Positions 42,403 to 51,669 of a DNA stretch of 64,000 bases are shown one piece after another. The number at the start of each line of letters is the position of its first letter. Positions within the stretch are counted from its first letter, which is position 1. The DNA comes from an uncultured delta proteobacterium (GTDB lineage Bacteria > Desulfobacterota > Binatia > JACPRU01). The stretch spans positions 32,001-96,000 of the forward strand of contig CAVUWD010000018.1 of the NCBI GenBank assembly GCA_963745025.1, written 5' to 3'. Position numbers and translations under genes: made by a program. The notes under the pieces are model-generated. The model saw nothing but the letters and a program-made list of their open reading frames with translations. It made no database searches and was not told the DNA's origin.

Positions 42403-42966
42403 ATGGCACGACTGCCGTACGTGACGCCCGAGAAGGCCTCTTCTCCTGAAGTCAAACAGACCTTCGCGCAGCTGCCGACGGTGCTGAACGTCTTCAAGAT
42501 GATGGCGCACGCCGAGACTACGTTCCGCCCGCTCGTACGGCTCGGCAGCGCGATCCTCGCGCAGCAGAAGCTCTCGGCGAAGATCCGCGAGCTGGCGATC
42601 CTCCGGGTCGCCGGTCTATCCGGCTGCCGCTACGAGTGGGTGCAGCATCTCTCGCTCGCTATGCTGATGGGCGCCACGCGCCTGCAGGTCGACGCGATCG
42701 AGAAGGGGGAGATTCACGCATCGTGCTTCGACGAGAGCGAGCAGCTTGCGCTCGAGCTTGCGACGGAGCTCACGCACGGCGTGCGGGGCTCCGACACCAC
42801 CTTCGCACGGCTGCGCGAGTGCTTCTCGCCGCAGGAGATCGTCGAGCTGGTGCTCGCGATCGGGTATTACATGATGATCGTGCGGTTGATCGAGACGACG
42901 GGTGTCGAGATCGAGCCCCCCTCGGAGCAGGTCGCCAAGCAGGCCCGCGACTGGCGGCCGAAGTAG
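42403..42966 (+). CDS. Carboxymuconolactone decarboxylase (AhpD-like) family protein
   Basis: RELAILRVA...YEWVQH. Confidence 0.88.
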   Translation: MARLPYVTPEKASSPEVKQTFAQLPTVLNVFKMMAHAETTFRPLVRLGSAILAQQKLSAKIRELAILRVAGLSGCRYEWVQHLSLAMLMGATRLQVDAIEKGEIHASCFDESEQLALELATELTHGVRGSDTTFARLRECFSPQEIVELVLAIGYYMMIVRLIETTGVEIEPPSEQVAKQARDWRPK

Positions 42967-43000
42967 CGATTCCTACTCGGGACGACGAAGGCGTGCCGTT

Positions 43001-43654
43001 TCACTTCCCGTCGAACTTCTCGAAGAAGAGGCACTCGTCGATCGGGCGCCGAGCGGGCCTGCCGTATTTTCCGATCGGCCAGCCGATCGGCAGCAGCGCG
43101 CAAGTCGGACAGCCCGGCGGAAGGCCGAGCCACTCGTCCACCTCCTTTCCGAACGCGAGGTGGAGCGTGGTGAGCGAGGCGCCGAGCCCGACCGCGCGGC
43201 AGGCGAGCAGCACGTTCTGGACCGCGGGGAAGAGCGCCTGAAGCTGCGGCCGACCGCGGCGGGTCCAGCCGGCGACGAACAGGTGAACCGGCGCTTCGTG
43301 GAGACGATCCGCCAGGTGGATCGCCGCCCGTATGTTGCGCCGCTTGGCTTCGGGATACGAGGGGTCTTTCGCCGCCTCGAGCACCGGCTGAATGTAGGCG
43401 TGAAACGTCGGACGATAGCGATCGGCGACCCATCGCCTCCGTTCGGGGTCCGTCACGGCGATGAAGAACCAAGGCTGGCGGTTGCCGCCGCTCGGCGCGC
43501 AGGTTCCCGCCGCGCACACCTTGCGAATGAGCTCCCGCGGTACCGGATCGGGTCTCAGCCGCCGGATCGCGCGGGTCGTGCGGATGCCCTCGAGCAGCGG
43601 GACGTCCTCGCCGAGAGCGGCGACATCCACCATCAGGGTTTGGGGCTCACTCAT
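43001..43654 (-). CDS. Nitroreductase-family protein
   Basis: TTRAIRR, APSGGNRQPW, AVQNVLLA. Confidence 0.92.
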   Translation of the reverse strand: MSEPQTLMVDVAALGEDVPLLEGIRTTRAIRRLRPDPVPRELIRKVCAAGTCAPSGGNRQPWFFIAVTDPERRRWVADRYRPTFHAYIQPVLEAAKDPSYPEAKRRNIRAAIHLADRLHEAPVHLFVAGWTRRGRPQLQALFPAVQNVLLACRAVGLGASLTTLHLAFGKEVDEWLGLPPGCPTCALLPIGWPIGKYGRPARRPIDECLFFEKFDGK

Positions 43655-43721
43655 GTCTTCGACTCGGCGCGTGCTCGAGATGGATAGCCCATTCGGCGCG
43701 CCCCGTCACCGCTCGTGTCTT

Positions 43722-43942
43722 CGCCTCGAATGCTTCGGAACGACGAAGAGCGCGGTCGGTTGTGATCGGCCCGTACTCGGGTCGATCACAACCGACCGCA
43801 ACCGCGCGGAGCGCGGATGCCGATAACCCACGAGATGGTCTATTGCTCTCCGCGCTTGCGCGCGGTGGCTGGATCCTCCGGTCGACCCGAGCACGGGCCG
43901 ACCGGAAGATCCAGCGCTTCAGGAATTTCCAGCGCGTGTGGC
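43722..43942. repeat. ~220-bp palindromic three-hairpin element, copy 2
   Basis: Colinear similarity to 14699-14914. Confidence 0.9.
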
Positions 43943-43975
43943 CAAGACTGAGGCAGTACCCCGAAGCCCTGATTC

Positions 43976-44269
43976 CTAGCGCTTCCACCAGGCGGGATAG
44001 GGGCGGGCGTGCAGATGGTAGTGCTCGGGGATCTGGCGCATGTGGTCGTCGAAAAACCATCCGCGCGGATACTTCGTGTCGGCGACCTTCCCCAGCTCAC
44101 GCTCGAGAACCTCCCGTTCCGCCTGGGTGGTGGACTTGCGGTGCACGCCGAGCACGGCCATCGGCACGTCGCACGAGTCGCAATCGAGGATGACGAAACG
44201 AACGGGCTCGTCGAATTCCGCGTACCACGTCGTGGTGCGGGCCAGCTGGCAGAGCTCGCAGTCGGCCAT
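43976..44269 (-). CDS. Small HIT-like zinc-binding protein
   Basis: MADCELC...CDSC...IPEHYHLHAR; start overlaps the upstream stop. Confidence 0.8.
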   Translation of the reverse strand: MADCELCQLARTTTWYAEFDEPVRFVILDCDSCDVPMAVLGVHRKSTTQAEREVLERELGKVADTKYPRGWFFDDHMRQIPEHYHLHARPYPAWWKR

Positions 44270-45063
44270 CACCTTGCGCGCTGAGTGAGCAGACGCTCGC
44301 GAAACCGCGCCAACACCCGTTCGAGGGCCTCGTGCGTCGGGTGACCGCTGCGGTCGACCAGATCGACCGTCAACACCGAGTGCGCGCTTCGCGGGATGCC
44401 GTGGGGGTTTCCCGGGCCGGAGTCGATCTCGATCGCTTCGAAGCCGCTGCCGAGCTCCCGGCGCAACGTCTCGAAGCGCTCGCGCGGGCACATGCGATCG
44501 TGAGTGAAGCGCAGGCCGAGCACACTGACTCCCTCGCTCGCCCGCCGCTTGACGATCGCCAGCTCGGCGGGCGACAGGTCGATCGCCGCGCGATGCCAGG
44601 AGGTGAGGGGAAACGGACACGACGGCTGGCTCACCACCGGCGCCATCACGGACGGGTCGACCATCAACGCGAGCGCGTAACCGCCGGTCAGGCACATGCC
44701 GATCGCACCCACGCCCGGACCACGGCACTCGGAGTGCATCTGCCTGCAGAGCGCGCGCAGCCAGTCGGTGATCGGGCTCGATTGGCCGAGCGCGAACGTC
44801 GTGAACTCCTTGCGGATGCAGACCCACGCGACCTGCTCGAGCAGGTAGTCCGTCGAGAGCGGCTTGCCCGGCGTGCCGAACATCACCGGCAGGACCGCGG
44901 TCAGCCCCGTGGCCGCCACCCGCTGCGCGAAGGCCGCGACCTGCGGCGTGATACCGGGAACCTCGTGCATGATGATGACGGCCGGGCCGTGACCGCGGCG
45001 GTAGACTGCCCGCCTGACGCCCCGGTCCGTGAAGCTCGACTCTTCGAATCCCTCGAGGCTCAT
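44269..45063 (-). CDS. Dienelactone hydrolase-family protein
   Basis: HEVPG, GMCLTGG nucleophile elbow, AHSVLT. Confidence 0.88.
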   Translation of the reverse strand: MSLEGFEESSFTDRGVRRAVYRRGHGPAVIIMHEVPGITPQVAAFAQRVAATGLTAVLPVMFGTPGKPLSTDYLLEQVAWVCIRKEFTTFALGQSSPITDWLRALCRQMHSECRGPGVGAIGMCLTGGYALALMVDPSVMAPVVSQPSCPFPLTSWHRAAIDLSPAELAIVKRRASEGVSVLGLRFTHDRMCPRERFETLRRELGSGFEAIEIDSGPGNPHGIPRSAHSVLTVDLVDRSGHPTHEALERVLARFRERLLTQRAR

Positions 45064-45172
45064 GCGGTCCCTTCTCGTTGCGTCCCTTCCTCTTGTCGTG
45101 ATCGGACGAGAGCCGCAAGTGGGTGTTCGCCGCAGGTCGACATCGCCACGGCGCGGCGCTAAGGGGGAAAAG

Positions 45173-45997
45173 ATGTCTACCGAGGCGACCAAGCGCCTTG
45201 CCGCCATCGCCAGCGCGCCGGGCGGGCGGATTCCCCTTGCCGAAGCGGCGCTGTGGATCGCCGCCGAGGAGTACCCCGCTCTCGACGTGGAGGCGTATCT
45301 CGATCGCCTCGATGAGCTCGCCGAAAAGGCTCGTCGGCGGCTCGCTCCCTATCCCCCCGCCGAGACGATCGTGCGCTTCAATCATTTCCTGTTTCGCGAG
45401 CTCCGCTTCGCCGGGAACACCGAGAGTTACGATGACCCGCGGAACAGCTTCCTGAACGAGGTCCTCGACCGAAGGGTCGGGATTCCGATCACGCTCGCGT
45501 TGATCTACACGGAGATCGGCGCACGGATCGGTATGCCTGTCGTGGGCGTCGGCTTTCCGGGGCACTTCCTCGTCAGGTGGATGGGCGAGCGAGAAGTTCT
45601 GATCGATCCGTTCCTCGGCAAGGTGATCACGCGCGAGCAATGCGAGGAGAAGCTGCGCTCGAGCTACGGCCCCGAAGCGCGGATGGACGACAGCCTGCTG
45701 GCGCCTGCCACGCCGCGAGAGACCTTGGCGCGAATGCTCCGCAACCTGAAGCTCAACTATCTCGGCAGGGGGGACCTCGAGCGCGCGCTCTCGGCGGTCG
45801 ACCGCATTCTCGTCGTCACACCGGACGATGCGGGCGAGCTTCGCGACCGCGGGATCCTCTACTTCCGGCTCGAGTGCTTCGCGGCGGCACTCGAGGATTT
45901 CGAGCGCTACCTGGCGCTCGCTCCGCAAGATGCGATGGCGGAGGAGATTCGCGCACGTCTGCCGGACCTTCGCCGCGAGGCGGCGCGCCTGCAGTGA
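45173..45997 (+). CDS. SirB1 / transglutaminase-like TPR protein
   Basis: YDDPRNSFLN..GIPITL..GFPGHF..IDPF. Confidence 0.9.
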   Translation: MSTEATKRLAAIASAPGGRIPLAEAALWIAAEEYPALDVEAYLDRLDELAEKARRRLAPYPPAETIVRFNHFLFRELRFAGNTESYDDPRNSFLNEVLDRRVGIPITLALIYTEIGARIGMPVVGVGFPGHFLVRWMGEREVLIDPFLGKVITREQCEEKLRSSYGPEARMDDSLLAPATPRETLARMLRNLKLNYLGRGDLERALSAVDRILVVTPDDAGELRDRGILYFRLECFAAALEDFERYLALAPQDAMAEEIRARLPDLRREAARLQ

Positions 45998-46404
45998 GTG
46001 ATCCGGTCCGGGTAGTCGCCGGAGTCGCGGTGCGCGACGGCAACGTGCTCGTCTGCAAGCGCTCCGCCGGCAGACCGCACGCGGGGAAATGGGAGTTCCC
46101 CGGCGGCAAAGTGGGGCCGGGCGAGACGCTTGCCGAGGCGCTGCGCCGTGAGCTCCGCGAGGAGCTCGGGATCGTGGCGGAGGTCGGCGGGGAGCTCTGG
46201 CGAACGCAGCACGACTACGGCCGCGGCGAGCTCGTCGACCTTCACTTTATCACGGTCGTGGACTTCGACGGCGCGCTCGGCGGCGACGATCATTTCGCCG
46301 AGGTTCGCTGGCAAGCGCTCGATCGGCTTGCCGATCTCGATTTTCTCGAGGCGGATCTTGAGCTGGTGGGCGAGCTCGTGAAGCGCGGAGCGCTCGCGAG
46401 TTGA
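45994..46404 (+). CDS. NUDIX hydrolase (MutT-like)
   Basis: WEFPGGKV..GE....ALRRELREELG. Confidence 0.92.
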   Translation: MSDPVRVVAGVAVRDGNVLVCKRSAGRPHAGKWEFPGGKVGPGETLAEALRRELREELGIVAEVGGELWRTQHDYGRGELVDLHFITVVDFDGALGGDDHFAEVRWQALDRLADLDFLEADLELVGELVKRGALAS

Positions 46405-46431
46405 TCGAGTGGCGATCGGAGAGCGCGCGGC

Positions 46432-47910
46432 TCACTCGCTGCGGCGAAACGAGTCGAGCGATACCGCGGGAAGATACAGGCCTTGTGGCGCTCGCTTCCA
46501 CCAATCCCCCGTTGTGCGCCGCTCCGCGAGGCTCGTGAACGTGTACTGATAGAGCGCGGCGCGGATGTATTTGGGGGCATGGTCGGGGAACGGATCTCGC
46601 GCGAGCAGCGCCGTGACGTCCTTCGAGCCCTCGAGGAGGCGCAGCACGAAGGCGAGAAACCACGGATTCTGCTCGTAGCGGCCGAGCGCCGCGAACCACA
46701 TCTGCCAGTCGAGCCGCGGCTGGTGGGGCTCGACGAACGACGGCGCTCGCGAGAGATCACCGGCCTTCCACTTGAACTCGTACGGGCGCCATTCGCTCCG
46801 ATCGTCGCTTCCCTCGACGATGATCTCGGGGCGGGTCGTCGTCATCACCGCGAAGAGGCCGTAGCCGTTGACGAGACGGAGCGGAGCCGCCACACGGCGA
46901 AACCAGAGAAGCGGCTTCGGCCAATCGAGCCCGAACGGCGAGAGCGTGAACATCTGCAGCACGCCGAGCAGGAGGACGGTGGAGGCGACGGGTGCGACGA
47001 TCCATCGCGGCCACGCGATTCCGATCGACGTGCCGCCGGCGATTCTCCAGCGGCGAATGCGCTGCGGCCACGCGGGGTCATCGAGCAGCAGCACGCAGAG
47101 CGCGATCGTCAACAGGTTGAAGAAGCAGTAGTTGCCGGTCGCGAGGATCAGCAGCTGCAGCGCGACGAACGCCGCGAACGCGAGCAGACGTGGGCCGCTC
47201 CCGCCCCAGATCAAACAAGGCGCGCCCAGCTCGATCGCGAACATCAACGCGCAGGAGATCTCCTGGAGCCAGGCGGGCTGGAGATTCGCGTACCAGCCGA
47301 TCCACGTGGGGAGAGGTTGCGTCCAGTAGTGGTACTCCAGCGCCGTCAGGTTGCGCCACGCCGCGTCGCCGGAGAGGAGCTTCACCGCGCCGGAGCCGAA
47401 CATCAGCCGGAAGAGTAGCCATCGGAAGAGCCAGACGATCGCCAAGGGCGGCGCCGCCTCGCGTGTCAGGCTCGGCCGGAGCTGGAGCGGCGCCAGGAAG
47501 ATCGCGAGAAAGCCGGTCTCGAGAAGCAGGATGTCCCATTGGAAGGAGAGGAAGTCCTGGCCGATCGTCTCGAGCGAGAGGTAGGCGAGCCAAAGCCCTG
47601 CGAGGCAGGGAACGGGAGCGATGCCGGCGATGAGTAGCACCGCCAGCGCCGAGCCGGTGGCGCAGAGCGCATGCAGCATGCCATCGGTCGGATGGAGCCA
47701 GAAGAGCGTCGGCAGCCACCAGTAGCGCGACCGCCCGACGACGCCCGCCACTTCCTCGAGGTACGCACGCGCCGGCAGGATGCCGCCCGCGCCCACCAGA
47801 CCGTCGACCTGTACCCAAAACGAGACGAACGCGATCAGGTAGATCGCGCCGAGAAGCCGCAGAAACAGCCAGCGGCCGAGGAGCTGTGAGGGCGCGCCCG
47901 GATCCTCTAT
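46432..47910 (-). CDS. Lipase maturation factor family protein (probable AUA start)
   Basis: WLFLRLLG, FQWDILLLETGF, NGYGLFA, PHQPRLDWQMWFAAL. Confidence 0.9.
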   Translation of the reverse strand: MEDPGAPSQLLGRWLFLRLLGAIYLIAFVSFWVQVDGLVGAGGILPARAYLEEVAGVVGRSRYWWLPTLFWLHPTDGMLHALCATGSALAVLLIAGIAPVPCLAGLWLAYLSLETIGQDFLSFQWDILLLETGFLAIFLAPLQLRPSLTREAAPPLAIVWLFRWLLFRLMFGSGAVKLLSGDAAWRNLTALEYHYWTQPLPTWIGWYANLQPAWLQEISCALMFAIELGAPCLIWGGSGPRLLAFAAFVALQLLILATGNYCFFNLLTIALCVLLLDDPAWPQRIRRWRIAGGTSIGIAWPRWIVAPVASTVLLLGVLQMFTLSPFGLDWPKPLLWFRRVAAPLRLVNGYGLFAVMTTTRPEIIVEGSDDRSEWRPYEFKWKAGDLSRAPSFVEPHQPRLDWQMWFAALGRYEQNPWFLAFVLRLLEGSKDVTALLARDPFPDHAPKYIRAALYQYTFTSLAERRTTGDWWKRAPQGLYLPAVSLDSFRRSE

Positions 47911-49058
47911 TTCAGAATCTCCTTGGCGATGGTGTTCAGCTGCATGTTCGAGGTGCCTTCGTAGATCTTGCCGATCTTCGCGTCGCGATAGAACTTCTCG
48001 ACCGGGAAGTCCTTGGTGAAGCCGACGCCGCCGAAGACTTCCACCGCCATCGAGGCCACGCGCTCGGCGACCTGCGACGAGTAGTACTTCGCCATCGCCG
48101 CTTCCTTGAGGAACGGCAGGTCGGCCTCACGCAGGCGCGCCGCGTTGTAGACCATCAAGCGCGCCGACTCGACCTCGATCGCCATGCGCGCGAGGTCGTG
48201 CTGCACCGCCTGGAAATGGGAGATCAATTGTCCGAACTGCTTTCGCTCGTTGGCATAGCTCCGCGCGGCCTCGTACGCACCGCGCGCTAGGCCGATCATC
48301 TGGGCACCGATGCCGATCCGTCCTTCGTTCAGCGTCTCGATCGCGACCTTGTAGCCTTGCCCCACCTGGCCGAGCACGTTGGCTCGTGGCACGCGGCAAT
48401 CCTCGAGCAGGAGCTCGCACGTCGAGCTCGCGCGGATGCCGAGCTTGTCCTCCTTCTTGCCGACCGAGAAGCCGGGGAAGGAGCGCTCGACGAGAAACGT
48501 GGTGATGCCCCGGTAGCCCTTGGCCGGGTCCACGGTCGCGTGCAGTACGAAGAGGCCGGCCTCGGCGCCGTTGGTGATCCAGAGCTTGCGCCCGTTCAGC
48601 CGGTACGAGTCGCCGTCGAGCGTGGCGCGCGTAGCGAGCGCGAACGCGTCGCTGCCCGATCCGGCCTCGGAGAGCGCGTACGCCCCGACCGTGTCGCGCG
48701 CCAGCTTCGGCAGGTATTGCCGCTTCTGTTCATCGGTCGCCCAGCGCAGCAGCGCGTTGTTGACGAGCGTATTCTGCACGTCGACGAAAGCGCTGACCGA
48801 GGGATCGACGCGCGAGAGCTCCTCGATGGCGAGGATCGACATGAAGAACGACGCGCCGGCTCCGCCGTGCTCCTCCGGAATCTCGATCCCCATGACGCCG
48901 ATGTCGAAGATCTCTTTGATCAGCGCGCGATCGAGCGAGCCGTCACGATCCATCTTCTCGACCCGCGGGCGCACCTTCTCTTCAGCGAACCCCCGCACCA
49001 TCTCCTGGAACTGACACTCCTCCTCGCCGAGCGTCGTCAGCGCCTTCGTGGAGCTCAT
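47907..49058 (-). CDS. Acyl-CoA dehydrogenase (short/branched-chain type)
   Basis: ALSEAGSGSDA, RDAKIGKIYEGTSN. Confidence 0.95.
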   Translation of the reverse strand: MSSTKALTTLGEEECQFQEMVRGFAEEKVRPRVEKMDRDGSLDRALIKEIFDIGVMGIEIPEEHGGAGASFFMSILAIEELSRVDPSVSAFVDVQNTLVNNALLRWATDEQKRQYLPKLARDTVGAYALSEAGSGSDAFALATRATLDGDSYRLNGRKLWITNGAEAGLFVLHATVDPAKGYRGITTFLVERSFPGFSVGKKEDKLGIRASSTCELLLEDCRVPRANVLGQVGQGYKVAIETLNEGRIGIGAQMIGLARGAYEAARSYANERKQFGQLISHFQAVQHDLARMAIEVESARLMVYNAARLREADLPFLKEAAMAKYYSSQVAERVASMAVEVFGGVGFTKDFPVEKFYRDAKIGKIYEGTSNMQLNTIAKEILK

Positions 49059-49199
49059 TTCGTTCCTCTCTCCTTCTTCGGCATTCGGCTCTCGGCCATC
49101 GGCCAGGACGTCGCGGTGCCGAACGCCGACAGCCGATCGCCGATAACCTCCTATCGAATCCGCCGCGCGCGCGCCACCGCGAGCCCGGGGCTTCGTCGG

Positions 49200-49427
49200 C
49201 TAGAGGCCGAGCAGCGCTTCGAGCTTCGGCCGATCGAAGCCGACGACCGGCTGCTCGTCGACCAGGATCACCGGCGTAGCGCGGAAGCCCATGTCGAGAA
49301 GCTCCTTCCGCGCCGCAGGATCCGTCGCGACCACTCGCTCGGTGAAGGCGATTCCTTTTTGCGAAAGAAACTCTTTCGCTTGCTTGCAGGGAGCTCAGCC
49401 GGGGTTCGTGTAGACGACGACGTTCAT
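49200..49427 (-). CDS. Glutaredoxin/NrdH-like selenoprotein (UxxC)
   Basis: MNVVVYTNPG-UGA-APCKQAKEFL...ATPVILVD...VGFD...LLGL; GGAGG RBS; hairpin 3' of the UGA. Confidence 0.9.
49361..49379 (-). promoter_or_regulatory. Putative bacterial SECIS hairpin
   Basis: GCGAAAGA-GTT-TCTTTCGC beginning 15 nt after the UGA. Confidence 0.7.
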
Positions 49428-49493
49428 GACTTCCTCCCGTCTTCAGGATATGGGCGCAAACGTATAGACGGAAGGGGCACGGAGGTGACGCCA

Positions 49494-50699
49494 ATGGGAC
49501 CGCTTTCGGGAATCAAGGTCGTGGAGATGGGGATCTTCGTCGCCGGCCCGGCCACCGCGGCGGTGCTCGGCGACTGGGGCGCCGACGTCGTCAAGATCGA
49601 GAACCCGGCCGGCGGCGACCCGATCCGAGCGCTCGTGTCGCTCGGCCTAGTGCCGGTCGAGCCCGACGTCAACAGCGCCCTCGAGCTCGAGAACCGCAAC
49701 AAGCGAAGCGTCGCCGTCGACATCACCAAGCCCGAGGGTCGCGACGTCGTGCTCCGCCTGCTCCGCGACGCGGATGTCTTCGTGAGCAACCTCCGTGCCG
49801 GGGCGCTGGAGCGCGCCGGGCTCGCCTACGAGGACGTCAAGAACGTCAATCCGCGCATCATCTATGCGACGCTCAGCGGCTACGGCACCCGCGGCCCCGA
49901 CAAGGATCGCGCGGCCTTCGACTACGCGGCCTTCTGGGCGCGGACGGGCGCGATGGCAGCGCTCGCCGAGCCCGATCGGCCGCCGCCCACGCAACGCCCG
50001 GCGATGGGCGATCATCCAGCCGGCCTCCAGCTCGCGGGCGCGGTGTCCGCCGCGCTCTTCCACCGTGAGCGCACCGGCGAAGGCCAGGCGATCCATCTCT
50101 CGCTCTTTCAGTCGGGCCTGTGGATGATGGCGAGCGACATCGAGATCGCGCTCGTCATGGGAGTCGGCCACTCGCCGACCGGACGGCTGGTACCGAACCC
50201 GCTGTGGAACCACTACCAGGCGAAGGACGGGAAGTGGTTCCATCTGGTGATGATCCAGGCGGATCGCTTCTGGCCGAAGTTCTGCGCGGCGATCGGGGAG
50301 CCGGAGCTCGCCGAGGACGAGCGGTACGACGGCGTCGTCAAGCGGGGACGCCACGCGCAGGCACTGATCGACAAGCTCGATCGCGTGTTCGCGACGAAGA
50401 ACCGGGACGAGTGGGCCGCGATTTTCGACCGCTACGAGCTCATCTGGGCGCCCGTGCAAACCGTGCTCGAGGCGTCACGCGATCCGCAAGCGCTCGCGCT
50501 CGGGATGTACGAGACGCTGCAGCATCGGAGCGGTCGCGAGATCTCTCTGGTGCGAACGCCGGTGGAGTTCGGGGCCACGCCCGCCACCATCCGCTGCGGC
50601 GCGCCGGAGCTCGGCGAGCATACCGAGGAGGTGCTACTCGCTCACGGCTACGGCTGGGAGGACATCGCCAATCTGCGGGAGAAGGGAGTGTTCGGGTGA
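49494..50699 (+). CDS. CaiB/BaiF family III CoA transferase
   Basis: AGP..LGDWGADVVKIE, NRNKRS, APELGEHT. Confidence 0.94.
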   Translation: MGPLSGIKVVEMGIFVAGPATAAVLGDWGADVVKIENPAGGDPIRALVSLGLVPVEPDVNSALELENRNKRSVAVDITKPEGRDVVLRLLRDADVFVSNLRAGALERAGLAYEDVKNVNPRIIYATLSGYGTRGPDKDRAAFDYAAFWARTGAMAALAEPDRPPPTQRPAMGDHPAGLQLAGAVSAALFHRERTGEGQAIHLSLFQSGLWMMASDIEIALVMGVGHSPTGRLVPNPLWNHYQAKDGKWFHLVMIQADRFWPKFCAAIGEPELAEDERYDGVVKRGRHAQALIDKLDRVFATKNRDEWAAIFDRYELIWAPVQTVLEASRDPQALALGMYETLQHRSGREISLVRTPVEFGATPATIRCGAPELGEHTEEVLLAHGYGWEDIANLREKGVFG

Positions 50700-51619
50700 G
50701 CGACGGGCACGGGACTGCCCTGGTGTTCCCCGGCCAAGGCTCGCAGCGCGCCGGCATGGCGAAGGATTTCTACGAGGAGTTTTCCGTCGCGCGCGCGGCG
50801 TTCGCCGAGGCTTCCGATGCTTGCGGCGCCGATCTCGGCGCAATTTCCTTTGGCGACGACGAGCGGCTGAATCTGACCGAGTTCACGCAGCCCTGCATTC
50901 TCACCGCGGAGATCGCGATGCTCGCGGTGCTGCGCCAGGAGTTCGGCCTCGAAGCGCAGTGGTTCGCCGGCCACAGTCTCGGCGAGTACACGGCGCTGGT
51001 CGCCGCCGGTGTGCTCGGCCTCGGTGAGGTGGCGCGGCTCGTCCGGCGGCGCGGCGCGCTGATGCAGCAAGCCGTGCCGGCGGGACAAGGGGCCATGCTC
51101 GCGGTCATCGGCCGCGGCCTCGATCTCGGCGAGCTCCGTGCGGCGCTCGAAGGCCTCGAGGTCGATGCGGCGAACCACAATTCCTCGTCGCAGATCGTCG
51201 TCAGCGGGTCGGCGGCCGACGTCGACAAGGCGAAGGAGCGGCTCGGCGGCAGGGGACGGCGGCTCATCCCGCTGAACGTCAGCGCCCCCTTCCACTCGCG
51301 CTTCATGCGCGAGGTCGAGCCGGCATTCGCCGCCGCGCTCGCCGCGGCGGAGCTCGACGCGGCGAATGCTCCACTCGTCGCGTCCAACTACACGGGTACG
51401 TTTCATAGCGCCGATGCCGACGCCGTGCGTGACGCGCTCGTCAAACAGATCAGCGGTACGGTCCGCTGGGTCGACAACATGCGCGCGATCGCCGAGCGCG
51501 CGCCGCGAATCCTCGAGATCGGCCCCGGCAAGCCGCTCTCGGGGTTCTTCAAGGACGTCGGCGTGACGGTGCCGGCGATCACGGATCTCAGCGGCGCGCG
51601 GCAGACCCTAGGGCGGTAG
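50696..51619 (+). CDS. fabD: Malonyl-CoA:ACP transacylase
   Basis: FPGQGSQ, GHSLGEY, VSAPFHS. Confidence 0.93.
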   Translation: MSDGHGTALVFPGQGSQRAGMAKDFYEEFSVARAAFAEASDACGADLGAISFGDDERLNLTEFTQPCILTAEIAMLAVLRQEFGLEAQWFAGHSLGEYTALVAAGVLGLGEVARLVRRRGALMQQAVPAGQGAMLAVIGRGLDLGELRAALEGLEVDAANHNSSSQIVVSGSAADVDKAKERLGGRGRRLIPLNVSAPFHSRFMREVEPAFAAALAAAELDAANAPLVASNYTGTFHSADADAVRDALVKQISGTVRWVDNMRAIAERAPRILEIGPGKPLSGFFKDVGVTVPAITDLSGARQTLGR

Positions 51620-51669
51620 GATGCTCGGCCGGAGCGACGGACACGAACGGTGACGCAGGAGAAGGGCTC

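Noticed and set aside
43976-45928. 650-aa ORF
   Set aside because: Shadow frame across the SirB1 and dienelactone hydrolase genes; only the last 97 aa look like a real protein
48357-50699. 780-aa ORF suggesting a long CoA transferase fusion
   Set aside because: The N-terminal part is antisense to the acyl-CoA dehydrogenase and selenoprotein genes; the real start is near 49494
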